The position numbers and the translations under genes are program-made. 64,000 bases of DNA from Octopus sinensis (lineage: Eukaryota), in assembly GCF_006345805.1 (NCBI RefSeq), contig NC_043004.1, positions 22,134,001 through 22,198,000 of the forward strand, given 5' to 3'. Shown here one piece after another: positions 1 through 13,479 of the stretch (within the stretch, counting starts at the first letter, position 1; each line of letters starts with the position of its first letter). Under the pieces are notes generated by a model, which was not told the origin of the DNA, did not search any database, and saw only the letters and a list, made by a program, of their open reading frames with translations.

Positions 1-317
1 TCTTCCAATTGGTTTTTAAAAAATAAAAATACTCCAACATACCTGTTTCCATGCGAAGCTTTTATATTTGATTAACGTTATATCATTGCGATACATACAT
101 AACAATAGCATACTAGTACGTGCATGACAGTCGTAGAATGATAGAAATGTTTTTTTAACTTCCAACTTTTCGTTTTCACTAGTCTACATAGCATGTGCTC
201 AAGTATTCTCAGAATAAGCATATGTAAATTGCGTCTCTTGGTACGAGAGTTTTCTTGTGTACCTTAAATAATTCAGTAAAACCAAGTTTTACTGAATAAA
301 ACATAATCCTACTTCAG

Positions 318-410
318 ATGCTGACTTCTCCAAGAGATGTGCTGATATGATGAAATCTAATGACTCCAAATATAACACTGAGACTGATGACATTATATAT
401 ATAAAGGAAA
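318..410 (+). other. Candidate 93-nt internal coding exon (phase 1-1), unassigned: (D)ADFSKRCADMMKSNDSKYNTETDDIIYIKE
   Basis: Acceptor ctacttcAG at 316-317, donor GTAAGA at 411. Only one phase is open, and it is symmetric. No recognised homology or supported neighbouring exons. Confidence 0.2.
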
Positions 411-1771
411 GTAAGAAATGAAAGTGAATAGAATATGTGTTTCTCAACGGGCACATATATTTCAATTTAACTTCTTCTACATGTCTTGATGTCTTTTTTG
501 CATCCCGCCTTCCGCCATTTTATTTCAGGCTTTTCCTTCTATGGTTCAATAAATAAATTTACATTTAGAAATATTTACCTGTTTCATGAAAAATATGTCT
601 TTCAATTTACATGCGTTAATTATAAAACTGACGATTAAAGAAAGAGTTGTCTGGAGCTTGAATACAACAGTTTTACTTTTGTTAGATACGAGGGTATAGT
701 AAAAGCTATATTATTGGACATCACGAAAAATGACCTATCATCTTCATATTAATCAAGTACATAGCAAAAACCATATCTGAATAGATATATTCTCCATCTT
801 CAAGATTTTAATATGCTTTAAATCTGGGCAGAACCTGACCATCGTTATTGGTGACTGTATTCTTTAGTAAGCCACTCTGCATACAACCATTCGCCTATTC
901 ATATGTTGTAAATATATTATATGTGTACCTACGTGTGTGCGCCATGTGCATGCTGGCATGTATGCGAGTATGTGATATGTGAATGTGCGTACATGTTTCC
1001 GTCTAGTCCTCAGCACTTGACAACCGTTCTTGTTTACGTTTCCATAATTCTTCCATTGAAAGTAAGACAACTGGTAAAAGAAATGTGATAATTAGGACAC
1101 ATGATTATATAACACAATGTTTCAGTATCAATACCAAATGTTTTAGGTTGACAAAACCAAGAACCAACAGTTATGAGCAAAATACTAGGCACTCCAACAG
1201 TTAGAAGCACTTAAAACATTCAAACATCTATATTTACACAAGTCAAAACATGAAGTCAGCGTCGCAATGATGTTCATTCATTAAAATACATATACCTACG
1301 AAAAAAAAGGCTACTTCATATTTATAGACATGCTACAAGGTTATCTGATGCGTCAATTTCATCGAAACAGTGTAACCTTGCAGTAAATCTATGTATTCCA
1401 AATTTACATAAACCTAAGAGGTATTTCAAATGGAAGCTTTGGCAGCCGACATAACACTGCAAAGCATTCTATTCGATGATTTCAGGATTCTGATTATTCG
1501 CCACATTATAAAACACAAATGTATAGAGACTTAGAAATATATAACAACATATTCATGTGCAAACATACATACAGTCATAGGTAAATTCATATTTACACGC
1601 ACGGGCAGACCAGTTCATATATATATATATATATATATACAAATGAAAATCTCTTGTTTCTGAGTCGCAAAACGGCACTGTCTCTAATGGTGAGGTATTC
1701 AAAAGAAAACAAGATCAGACATCATGTATACATTTATAAATAGGGTATACATCTATTTATACATAAATATA

Positions 1772-2176
1772 GGCGCAGGAGTGGCTGTGTGGTAAGTAGC
1801 TTGCTAACCAACCACATGGTTCCGGGTTCAGTCCCACTGCGTGGCATCTTGGGCAAGTGTCTTCTGCTATAGCCCCGGGCCGACCAATGCCTTGTGAGTG
1901 GATTTGGTAGACGGAAACTGAAAGAAGCCTGTCGTATATATGTATATATATATATATGTATGTGTGTGTGTTTGTGTGTCTGTGTTTGTTCCCCTAGCAT
2001 TGCTTGACAACCGATGCTGGTGTGTTTACGTCTTCCGTCACTTAGCGGTTCGGCAAAAAGAGACCGATAGAATAAGTACTGGGCTTACAAAAAGAATAAG
2101 TCCTGGGGTCGAGTTTCTCGACTAAAGGCGGTGCTCCAGCATGGCCACAGTCAAATAACTGAAACAAGTAAAAGAG
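1772..2176 (+). mobile_element. tRNA-derived SINE, family A, full-length with internal (TA)/(TG) microsatellite
   Basis: Head ggcgcaggagtggctgtgtggtaag...ggttccgggttcagtccc (A/B-box-like), tail ggcggtgctccagcatggccacagtc...gactgaaacaagtaaaag. Further copies at 6153, 20526, 23770 and 58443. Confidence 0.85.
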
Positions 2177-2234
2177 TTAACGAGTATATGCATATCTATG
2201 TACAATAAAAAAAATAAGCGCATGGTCTTTTTCT

Positions 2235-2415
2235 TTAAAATTTTATCTGCTATTCATGAAGCTCTTCAATACGTAACTAACTATCTTTGTAGCAATCTTG
2301 AAAAACTGGGCATTACAAAACGAAAAATAACACGGTTAATTAGGACATTGATACTAAAATCTATTACAGACATTGCGAAAATGAGTAAAATATTCGCAGA
2401 AGTTAAGTTCGTGAT
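2235..2415 (+). mobile_element. Degenerate C-terminal fragment of an R4/Dong-like non-LTR element
   Basis: ALQYVTNYLCSNLEKLGITKRKITRLIRTL..KSITDIAKMSKIF parallels the C-terminus at 36830-36990 (LVYVTHCLNTNLEKLGFPKAEWVKLIRRLQIQSASGTVK). Confidence 0.5.
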
Positions 2416-3052
2416 TAGTGCATTTATACATACAAATATATGTATGTAAAACGCGTATACTTTACATGGACCGACACATGAAATCGTATCTCAATTTGCA
2501 CCGTATGTATATGTGTCTGATTATATATACTCATATATATTTACATGATATTTACATATCATATACATATAATACATATATATTTATATGATATTTACAT
2601 ATCATATACACATAATACATATATATGTATATATATATATATGTATATATATATGTATATATATATATGTATATATATATTTGTGTGTATGTGTGCGTGT
2701 GTGTGTATATATATACGTATATATACTTTCTTGCATACACAACGGTGTTTTGAAAGTTTTGTTTGGTCTCTCACTATTGCTGAAAATGTCTGAAAATAAA
2801 TCCTGAACGACTATACATACATTAAAATATATAGATCTCATGTTAAACGTGTAATTCTTATAGTTGTCGTCATCCAAATTCAAGAAGAGAAATTTGTAAG
2901 ATGCCTCTTCCTTCCTTGAAGGAAGAAATGGGACAATTAAAACAGTAACAACCATCTAAACATCAGAAAGGCATAATCACATGAGGTCATACATAATTAC
3001 ATGATGGCTGCAACTTTGTTTCTAGTAATGCTATTGCTTTATTGTATTGTGA

Positions 3053-3460
3053 TGTTTGTTGACTTAATGTGGCAGTCCTAGTAAAGGCTGTGTTCATCAC
3101 GATGTCTTGGCACCTTTTTCCTGTCTTCTACCCCATGGACAGCTGAGAATAAAAACAATCTTGTGGCTGCGATGTCTTTCACCCAAGAAGTGGGCGGTCT
3201 GCCTCTTTTACGTCTGCCGTTCACCTTGACATTTATGATCGTTCGCTCAAGACCATCCCGGTGCATGACGTGGCCAAAGAACCGTAGCTTCCGCTTCATG
3301 ATGTTTCTCCGAAGCGCTATCTCGCAACCGAGCTTTTCTAGTACCCAGTTGTTCATCCTTCTCTCCGTTCACGACACTCTAAGGATTCTGCGGTAACACC
3401 AGATTCCAAAAGCGCTCACTCTTTTCTCGTCTGCCTTCAACATTGTCTACGACTCGCAGC
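3053..3460 (-). mobile_element. RTE-clade LINE, 3' end fragment
   Basis: Minus strand reads CES*TMLKADEKRVSAFGIWCYRRILRVS*TERRMNNWVLEKLG...KRKLRFFGHVMHRDGLERTII..KVNGRRKRGRPPTSW, the typical RTE C-terminus. Tail aggactgccacattaagtcaacaaac. Confidence 0.85.
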
Positions 3461-4659
3461 TCTTCTCAGGTATAGTTTTTTGAAATAAAAGAAGAGATGG
3501 ACACTACAGATATCAGCTGTCCTGAAAAGTCGAACAATTTTTTAAAACAACTTTAGCGAGAAAGAGTATATATATAGAAAGCAGATTCAGAATATATGTT
3601 CAAATTATAAATTCTCCACTGATACTTATAATTATTTCTTCTCGTCATTATGTCAGCTAATATCTAGCTGAAAATGTCAAATGTCTCGAAATGTATACTA
3701 AAACACTTTTGCAAAGACACTATTTAAACAGAACTGAAAAGATATGAAAGACTGTTCAGAAAGTTAAACATGAAACTTTTCACATTGTTGTAATCTAAAC
3801 ATTAGCGATGGCGCATTATCTCTTTGTGAGAGATTGTATCTTATTATACAGAAGCTGAAATACTTTTATATATAGTCAAATACATACATATATTTTTTTA
3901 TAAGAATAATTTGTAAATGGCACAATGCATAGGTACAGATGATTGTTTATTTGAAATAATATCCGAATTTAATATTATTGTGTGTATGTGTGTGCGTGAA
4001 TGTGTGTGTGTGCGCGGGGTGGATTGATTAAATGTTGTGTTATCTACAAATGAGTAATATACCTGTTTTGAGCAGCACCTGCATTAGGCTATATTCAAGT
4101 CTATTATAATCTATGAAAACTTAATTAAAGAAATATTGCCTATTTACAACTAATTAAAGTATAGATTACTATCTTGAAATTATTGTAATTGATATATCGC
4201 GCAATCAATTGATTTTCTGCGTTTTGTCTTTTATAAGTTGCAAATGAATAACACTTGATAAGTTTCGTAAATGTTTAGACCTAAAGAAATTAATTGATAT
4301 ATTGCTGCCTAAATGATCTACTATTCTTAAAATTCTCCCTGTACTCTGTTTTTCGTATCCAGGACTGTATCTTACAATGTGTCCCCTCTCGATCTTGATT
4401 TGCGGGAAATAGTTTCAGCGTTCTTTTACTGCTATTTCTAGCAGAGATGACATCAGTATACAGAACTCGTTGGTTTCATATATATTACTAATAAAGTTGA
4501 ACAATCGATAAACCAGAATACATACATACATACATACATACATACATACATACTTATGTGTATGTGCTTGTACTTATGTGTGTAAGAATGTATGTATGTA
4601 CACACACACACACACACACAGACAGACAGACATATATTCAATTCAAATAAACAAATAAG

Positions 4660-4830
4660 AAGCGAAAGGACAAGGAAAACAACGAACAGGAGGACGTGCA
4701 CAAGGAGTGTGTCAGCTTAACGTTCGGTGAAAGGAGAGTTTAATGTTTCGAGCATAGCTCTTCGTCGGAGAGGAGAAACGGAAATATCCAAAGAAGGAGA
4801 AGAAATCACCAATGGCACACGTGTAGTTAC
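4660..4830 (-). mobile_element. Penelope-like 3'-terminal repeat with a degenerate hammerhead-like motif (4745-4769)
   Basis: Minus strand ccgacgaagagctatgctcgaaacatt, homologous to 32740-32920. CT-rich flanks on the minus strand. Confidence 0.5.
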
Positions 4831-4841
4831 ATTGCTGAAGT

Positions 4842-4843
<2 letters not shown>

Positions 4844-4873
<30 letters not shown>

Positions 4874-4924
4874 TGTATGTATGTATGTATGTATGTATGT
4901 ATGTATGTATGTATGTATGTATGC
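4844..4924. repeat. (TATG)n microsatellite
   Basis: Visible directly in the sequence. Confidence 0.95.
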
Positions 4925-5500
4925 ATGCATTATGTATATATGTTTGTATGTATATATGTATTATGTATATATGCATGTATAGAAACGGATTAAAGTAGAT
5001 TTGATACTAGCATTTCAAATGTCTTCTCCGAAACATTACTGGAATACAAATTCCATTTTCATCCTATAAATCTGTATTGTGTTGTAAGCCAAAGAAATGA
5101 AAATAAAAGCTATAAGGCTACCATAAAATTTTATAACATTTCCCACTGGACACTCTTCGGGTTCGTACTTTTCTTGCAATATCTGTAGCAGAGGATAATG
5201 AGAGCAATGAAACGTTCTTATCAAATTGAGTTAAATGTTCATTCATGAGGTAAGATGTTAAATAAGTATCGCAGTTGTGTAGAAAACCTGCGAACAATTT
5301 CAGTGAATGAAGTTGCCGTGCAATTTCGTGATAACTATCTGTAATCGATGTAAAAGCATTTCACTGTAGAAGCCACAAATTATGCGGAAATAATAGGTTA
5401 TCTAAATAATATATATCAGAATAAGTGAACAATTTGATTAAAATAGGGGTATTTATTGTGTACGTCTGCTTTTCTATGTGAATTTATGTGTGAATGTATA

Positions 5501-5557
<57 letters not shown>

Positions 5558-6152
5558 ATATATATATATATATACATATTCTGTTTCCATGTGCAGTAAA
5601 AGAAATTTAGTACTTTGAAAGTGCATCTATTATTAGGATCTCGGAGGGCTAGTTGACTCCAAAGGCTCTTTATTCCCAATAATTAACTATTTCGTAAAAG
5701 AATCATGCTGTAATTGCATATATGCATTCTAGCACAGCAAGATATAACTTATTCTATCTTTGTGTGTGCAGTACATTTATATTTACAATTTTTGATTTAT
5801 ATTCAATATATTTACTTTTTATATTACTAATACAAAATTGCAAAAATAGTAGAAAGCACATTGCATTCCGAACACATAATTAGTATATCGTAAATATATT
5901 AACCTCTTACATATTGCAGCGCTTAGTCTGATTAAAATTCTAGAGAGGAAATAAAAAGGAGAGAAAATTACGTAGATATCTGACTAAACCATATGCTTTA
6001 TCGCATTTCGTAAATCTAATTCTACGAGTGTTGCATTATTTTGGAGTTATGTCATTATCTTTACCGTGGCAAGAAGTGATGGCAAACTAACTATGAATCT
6101 ACATTCTACATCAAAATAGAATGCTTGAGATTTCAGTTATAAATTCGGAAAC

Positions 6153-6465
6153 ATAGGCGAAGACGTAACTGTGTGGTACGTAGATTACTTCTGAACCAAA
6201 TGGTCCAACATTCAGTCCCAATACGTGGTAACTTGAGCATCTGTCTTCTACTATACCCGCGAACCGACCAGAGCCGTATGGATAAATTTGATCGACGGAA
6301 ACTGAAAGAAGCCCATCGTATACATATACGTGTGGGAGCGGGGCGGGGTGTACATATGTATCAGGCTTAAAATAAATATATACTGGGATGGATTCGGTCG
6401 GCTACATTTCTACAAGGCCGCACTCCATTATGGCATCAGTGTAATGATTTAACAAGCAAAAACAA
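6153..6465 (+). mobile_element. Diverged SINE family A copy
   Basis: gtgtggta...ttcagtccc...gacggaaactgaaagaagccc, with a decayed tail ggccgcactccattatggcatcag. Confidence 0.7.
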
Positions 6466-6522
6466 AAAAAATGTCTAACTCTTAAGTATCTACACCCATT
6501 CAAACCTGTACACATATACATC

Positions 6523-6621
6523 TATTCAGAGTTATTCGAGTGTGACATATCATTATTGCTAAAAATTAACATTACATTGATATACAATTATTCACAGTTA
6601 TTCAAGTGTGACATATCATTA
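6523..6621. repeat. 33-bp direct repeat pair, period 66
   Basis: tattcagagttattcgagtgtgacatatcatta (6523-6555) vs tattcacagttattcaagtgtgacatatcatta (6589-6621), 2 mismatches. Confidence 0.85.
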
Positions 6622-7407
6622 CAGTATGAATGGCGAGACCACTGTAAATTATTTTTTTTATTCTAACATTCATTTACGGCGCCGATACTTTTATCTTTAT
6701 TCATGAATAATGACCTTGCTATTATTTATATTAGCTGACCTTCTTCTCGCCTACATGACTGTAACCATTTTGAATTCCTCAAGATTTTGTTAACTGTTAA
6801 CTGTTACATAACAACCGAAGGTTTGACACTTCTCAATAAATTTACGCTATTTGTATGAACAGTATCGCATAAATGGTGACTTTAAATGCTAATTTGCTTC
6901 TCCAGCACAAGCACTAACCAGAACGTAACTATGTATCATTCAACAACGGTAGTGGTTGAATATATTCTTAGGACCACCCTTTCGTCAATCGCAGCAGCTT
7001 CCAAGGTTCACCACTAATTCAGTTCTCACCTAAATTGCAAACTGTTGAGAGTTTTAAAGAGGACACCTTCTCAGCTACACTTTGGCATAAATTGTTTGAA
7101 ATTTGGTTCAGTACCAAAAAAGTTGTATTAAAATATCCGCGACCTCAAAGGGGCAGTAAGGCACCTATTCACCTTCAATTAACATAAACTCTTTAATTTT
7201 AAAATAAAAGTATACTTTTCTTAGGTTTAAATGATAGTAAGTGTACGAGAAATTCAGAGTCGCTAGTAGCATTGAATGAAAACTGATAGAAGAAGAGTTA
7301 TGGGGTGAAATACCACGAACTTTTGTGTCAGTAAGTAAGGGAGTAACGCTTCAATTATGATAATTTAAAGAATATATTGCTAAAATGAATTTTTGCTTTC
7401 TAAAGCT

Positions 7408-7500
7408 GTGAGCTGGCAGAGACGTTATCGCGCAGGACGAAATGCTTAGTGGTATTTTGCCTCTCTTTACATTTTGAGTCGACTTTGCTTTTTATCCATT
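7408..7500 (+). mobile_element. SINE family B (Meta-domain-like) fragment
   Basis: gagctggcagagacgtta...cgaaatgcttag...gtcgactttgctttttatcc matches the copy at 55659. Confidence 0.65.
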
Positions 7501-7946
7501 TTAGATGTATTCAATTTGACATACATATTATCAAATTAATTTTTTAACTAAACACTTTTAAACTTCCGATACTGGTAGAATGTGTCACATAGAAGAGGGT
7601 TCACTCTTAACGCTTTTGACAAAATTTTGTATTTTAGAAGTTATTTTGTCAGAAGTTACCAAGTGACAATGGCAAATTCGTGTTTGGTAAGTGCTAATAC
7701 ACGAAACTCTCAGCTTTTGACTTACTCTCTAACATCTGCCGATGATATATCTATATATTACATATATGTATAAAGAAATCTTATCCCGCAATCGAACCAA
7801 TGAAAGAGCCTTTACTTGGTCGCTCGACACGCTAAATATAGCAGCCAAAACATCTCCCTACCCAGTATTTTATAAGGTAAAATCCTAAATTATTAATTGG
7901 CGCATTATTGATTATCTTATAACAGCAATGCCTGGAATATTCATGA

Positions 7947-8560
7947 ATTACATGGAAAAATGCGAGCATGAAAAGTAATGCTCTTAAGATTATAAACCTG
8001 GAAAAGTACAGGACAAGTCATTAAACCTGTTAAAGTATAGGACAAACTATTACTTCAAGTAAAGTAAAGAATAAGAAACATTTTACCTAAAATATTGCAG
8101 CTAAAATTAAAATTTCAATACTAAAATTTTGTTATTATAGTTTACAAATATACTTAATATACTTAAAGACGGTGCTCCAGCATGGCCGCAGTCAAATGAC
8201 TGAAACAAGTAAAAGAAAAAAAAGAAAAGAAAAAATACTTATTCAAGTAGAATTTGGCTAATTTACTACATCAAATACAAGAGAAAGTGACTAATTAGAC
8301 AAACAAGTTTGTCTAATAGTTTTGTACAGGCTGGACAGTTTTGTACAATAAATTTAAAAGATGAGAACTGTAAAAAGTGATAAACTAGAATAACTGGCAT
8401 TCTTTGCTGCAATATTTTAAGTAAAATCTTTCTTGTTCTTTACTTTACTTGAAGTAGTAGTTTCTCCTATACATTTACAGGTGTGATAACTTGTCCTGTA
8501 CTTTTCCAGGTTTATAATCATAAGAATATTACTTTTCATGCTCGCATTTTTCCATGTAAT
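7947..8560. repeat. Long inverted repeat: 155-bp arms (7947-8101 / 8406-8560) around a ~304-bp spacer; MITE or foldback-like
   Basis: attacatggaaaaatgcgagcatgaaaagtaat...aaaatattgcagc is matched by the reverse complement of 8406-8560 with scattered substitutions. Confidence 0.85.
8165..8225 (+). mobile_element. Isolated SINE family A 3' tail
   Basis: cggtgctccagcatggccgcagtcaaatgactgaaacaagtaaaag followed by an A-rich run. Confidence 0.75.
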
Positions 8561-11471
8561 AAATATATCCCCAAAGTCATCATAAATGATATTCGACACA
8601 TCTCTGGCGAAGTTTATGGAGACATCGCAGCATATATGGTTGCGCCAAAAATTATTCCCCAACAACTAGGCTTTAATTATTCTGAGTAGACATCAGCAGT
8701 GGCCAGTTAATAACTCTGAAAAATCCAAAAATGTCTCATACTGAAGACATATTATGCCTTCATGGCTAAACTTAATTCTGAGCAGCCTACATCTCCAAAG
8801 TGGTTTGAAAACAATAAACCGATAATCATTTGTTCAGAGATATACGTTTTCGTCTTTTTTTTACTTCTGCTCGTAACACAACGACTCTGACTCTTTGACC
8901 ATTAGCTTTACACGTTACCACTCTTTGAAACCTCTTGTAGTACCAGTTCTGTCGTGTTGAAAACATCGTTGTAAGTACTTTCAAATCAAACTTAATTGCA
9001 GAACTACAATTCAGCAGAATACTTCATTATCCGCGTTTTTTCTGCAGGTGCAAACCTACAGTAGTTCAAGTAGAACATCGGTAACATCAGTCTTATTAAT
9101 ATGACAGGTATGACAAGCGTTGAAAGGCAGTTGGTTCCACTTTGATTTATGAATATTAAGTTTTAAAATATGGTATTGATCTGAATTACAGGATATAAAA
9201 AATTATCATCAATACACTTGAAAAGTTTTTAATGACCTTTCAATTAATACGGAACGCAGTTAGAGATTACTAAACCATTAAAATTGAAATTGTAATCTTT
9301 CAACTAATAAATGAAAAAAAAAGATGAAATCAATTAAGATTTACTTGATTCCCGATATAAAATGCACTGTAGTTTAACAGAGTAAATACTACAAATATTT
9401 GCTTTAATTTGGGCTATAATTTCCTGGCCTGTCCGGAATATAAAATCTAATTTCGTCATTCATTGTAATACATATATCAACATTTCCAGTATCAGCAAAT
9501 TTGTTGCAGACCAATGTCCGTAGATTTTGCATTCCGTATTTTGCAATGGACACAATATTAGATTTCGTAGATTTCGTAGTAAAAAGGTCAAAATTAGGTT
9601 GTATAGGTTTGGCACTGTTTCCCATTGTATTTAAAACTTTTCACCCAGCAAAATTTAAGTAGTTTCCGTTATATTAGAATATCGTGTGAAATTATACCAG
9701 ACAGACACTGGAATTAGTGATTACCTTCTTCACCAATCTCTATTGTCTCCAGAGATGTAATACCTGTGATACATTTTATTTTGAACTAATTTTAAACGAT
9801 TTACCAGAGCTTATTCATACCTTCAAAATACGTCGTTTGAATAAAGAGGAACCTCTGCAAATTAGATACTGCACGAATTGCTGATGTAATTTAAACCGAG
9901 GAATCTTTGAAAATATTTTATAGAGACAGCGATGTCACAAATATATTTGAACTAATCTGAATTTGTTTATTTGCTATAACTACCTCGCGCTACTACTTGT
10001 GCAAGCGCCAATCTATCATTGGTATTGACAGATGTATTATAAAGCTACTGCTTTGTAATCAGCTCAGTGTTATCACTCTTTAGTATCCTCTAATAAGAAG
10101 GCATAATGAGTCAGAAATACATCAAGGGAACCTACATGAAGCACCACTGAAATGACAAAGGTGTGTTTACATCTTTCCAACAAGGAAAATTTTTTTCCAC
10201 TGTAGTGTGCTGTGAAATTGCCTGCAGAATTTAAAATGTGTCACAAACATCTTTGAACTAACCTAAAGTTCGTTCATTTCTCATCACAATTTCGCCTAAT
10301 GCTTAAGTATTAGAAAAACATATACGTTCTTCAATAAATATATTATTTTATAGACACAATCGCACATATTTGATGTCCATTGATGTTCTAGATACACTAG
10401 TATTATGAGCTCGTAATGTTAATATATTTATGTAAATGTCTAACCAGCTGCGGGATTTCTCACATCAATTCTACAAAGAACCGTAGTGAAACATAGTGAA
10501 TTATTATTATTTTTTTAATAGAAAGATATTGCAAAACTAGTGATACATAGGATAATTTTCTATTATGGTCAGACTATTTTCACAGGAAGGGTTGTTCTAT
10601 TGAATCAATTTCAATATGTAGCTGATTCTATATTTTATCGAGTCCATCACGAAGAATGATGAAGTAGAACTTGGCAGAGTTTGAACCTAGGACATATAGA
10701 CTCATAATTAGATATCTCAAGGCTATTTATTCGTTGCTATACCAATGCAGTTCCTTCGTGTTTGATTCGTAAGCTAATCATTTCTTATATTCCATTTCGT
10801 AGTGAAGTGAAAATATTCAAACACATAATTTATTGTTTAATTTTATATATAAACTTCGATTTATCACAACAGCAAAGAGGTAGAAAAGACGAAAGAAAGG
10901 AGACAGAAAGAGTTGGGGAAAGCTTAAATAGTAGCAGATAAAGAGAAAGACGTGTGTTAGAGAGAAACGATGGAAGGGGAAAGGGGTTAAATAAAGACAA
11001 AAGAAAATAGAGAAGTGGGATATAAGACAGGAAGATGAAACAGATTTGTGTGTGGAAGAGAGAAAATAGGGATCGGGAAAGTATGATTAATTTCCGTTGA
11101 TATGAGAATTTTAAAGGGCCACTTAATGTTTCGGTAATGGATAACTTCAATTTAAGATATAATTATTTCTTAAAATACAATTATCCCCATTTTAGCTAAC
11201 CAAATGGAGATGTTTTATAAAAGGATTCTATATGAAATATTTTTTAATCGAAATGTCATTATGTTCTTTGTCAGAAATGACAAGTGATTTTAGAGCATGT
11301 ATATATTACTAATTAATTAATTAATTTCCTCAGGTTATTATACACAGACAGATGAATTTGAAGCATTTTATTGTAAAGCTGGTTGATGTTCTGATGCGTT
11401 TCTTGTTTCTTTTCTCTCTTTGTCGAGGCACCTGCATACACATAGACACACACACACACACACACACACAC

Positions 11472-11505
<34 letters not shown>

Positions 11506-12484
11506 CTCTTTTACTCTTTTACTTGTTTCAATCATTTGACTGAAGGAAAAACAAGGATAAAATCCCATCCCTGTACACGTAGAATATTAGGTACACAATG
11601 CTTAACAAAAAATAGCCGGTATTGGCGAGTCGATCAGAACTAAGTTAAACTACTAATGAAGTAGTAACACCAGCATCGATAACAATTAATACATTCAGCA
11701 GTAATTTCTTTTAGGATATGAAGCAGACCGAATAGTCATTGATATAAACTTAAGCTTATATAGGTACTTTACATATGATGGTATGTTTATCGAATGGTTA
11801 AGTTGACAAATGTTATATGTTGAAATTTCTCATAATGACTTGCATTCAAGCATTAAATAGTTCTAATTGCAGTGAATGTTGATAATTATCAACGAATGTC
11901 TACTCTGGAATCCAAGCACTTCTGTGGCCAGTGTAATTTAGTATCACTAAAATGGTGTCTGTGTCTGTGTTAATATTCATTTGTCAAAATTCTTATGATT
12001 TTAATTATGGTTGCTTAATTAATGTATTAGCATGCTTTACGTACATATTGACATAGATAATTAGCACGTGTTGAAACCTGACTGCATCAACTGCTCAAAA
12101 CAGATATATTTAATGACTGATTTACTTTGGAAATACTGAATTAATGCGTTAATTTTGAGATTAGTACAAAATACGGAATGCCAAAGTTCAAATATCTAAA
12201 CTCTATGTAATATTACAACATTATTTAAGGTACTCAATTCTATGAGACATGTATTTATTTCTCCGAGAATTCTTCCTGATTTAACCATCAAAAAGAAAAT
12301 CTCTTCATGACTATACATTTCAATTGTTACTTTATTCTAAACTTTCTTGCATATTTATACCATGTGACACGAAACACTATTTTGTTAAAAATGCTTCATA
12401 ACCTTCGATTACGGTGATACTATGTATGCATAATCAAAAGCTAAAACTATATAAGAATAGGAAGAGGTTTTGTCAGTAACAGAT

Positions 12485-12876
12485 TTATTCTTTACTACTC
12501 TAGGTACAAGGTCCGAAATTTGGTGGGAGAGGGTCAGTCGTGTAGATCGACCCCAGTACGTAAGTGGTACTTAATTTATCGACCCCGAAAGCAAAGTCGA
12601 CCTTTGCGGAATTTGAACTCGGAACGTAGCGGCAGACGAAATACCTATTTCTTTACTACCCACAAGGGGCTAGACACAGAGGGGACAAACAAGGACAGAC
12701 AAACGGATTAATCGATTATATCGACCCCAGTGCGTAACTGGTACTTGTTTAATCGACTCCGAAATGACGAAAGGCAAAGTCGACCTCGGCGGAATTTGAA
12801 CTCAGAACGTAACGGCAGACGAAATACGGCTACGCATTTCGCCCGGCGTGCTAACGTTACTGCCAGCTCGCTGCCT
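12485..12876 (-). mobile_element. Two tandem SINE family B (Meta-domain-like) units
   Basis: Two successive copies of atcgaccccagt.cgtaa.tggtactt..tt.atcgac.ccgaaa...gcaaagtcgacct...cggaatttgaactc.gaacgta on the + strand. The minus-strand core gtcgactttgcctttc...tcgat resembles the Meta domain as recalled. Confidence 0.8.
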
Positions 12877-13234
12877 TAGCAACAGATATATTACTGCTGA
12901 TAAGTGGTATGTATTAATTAACCGAAATGTTATTAACGCCAACCATAGTATGTTAATCTTATTATTTTGAAACGATGAATATAACGGCATTTTTTGTTGT
13001 CGATAACTTTAAGTCTTCACCCACAAGCAAAATTTCACCAAGGAAATTCTAACTGTGTCCAAAAGAAAATAATTGATCTAGTATTTCAAAATTCCATATT
13101 GTGGTAATAAAATGTATCTGATGTATGACGTAATCGAGTTAATATGACGCTTGCAAGGTGACTATTAAAGAAGTGAATATTCACATTTTATTGTAACGTA
13201 GCTATTCGACACCAATTATTGTAGAATTACCAGT

Positions 13235-13468
13235 TGTTATGACGATACTTGTTTACGCTATAATCGTGTAGTATCAATTAACATATGACAAAGCAGGGTA
13301 ACAATAATGTAACAATACAAAAAACTCTCCACGAACTGTACAAGAACCAGCAAACGATAATCCGACACATTACGTCTTGTCTTTCTTTCTCTGACTCATA
13401 CAGCTACTATTTATAGTCGTCCGGTCAAGTCTTTTCACGCAGGCGATGTCGTGATTCTCGCCACAACA
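13235..13468 (-). mobile_element. 3' LTR (234 bp) of a Ty3/Gypsy element
   Basis: Minus-strand termini TGTTGTG...CATAACA (6/7 inverted match), immediately preceded by the polypurine tract aaaaggagaga (13469-13479). Confidence 0.75.
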
Positions 13469-13479
13469 TCTCTCCTTTT

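Noticed and set aside
384-415. CTGATGA...GAAA hammerhead-like spacing
   Set aside because: No credible stem II or stem I.
1772-1850. tRNA gene at SINE heads
   Set aside because: A/B-box-like only, with no complete cloverleaf, and continuous with the SINE body.
8941-9107. Two exon-like segments (8941-8970, 9048-9107) with good splice signals
   Set aside because: The second has stops in all three phases and no homology, so it cannot be supported as coding.
9404-9625. 73-aa minus-strand ORF with protein-like composition
   Set aside because: No recognisable motif, a stop immediately upstream, and a length within chance expectation.
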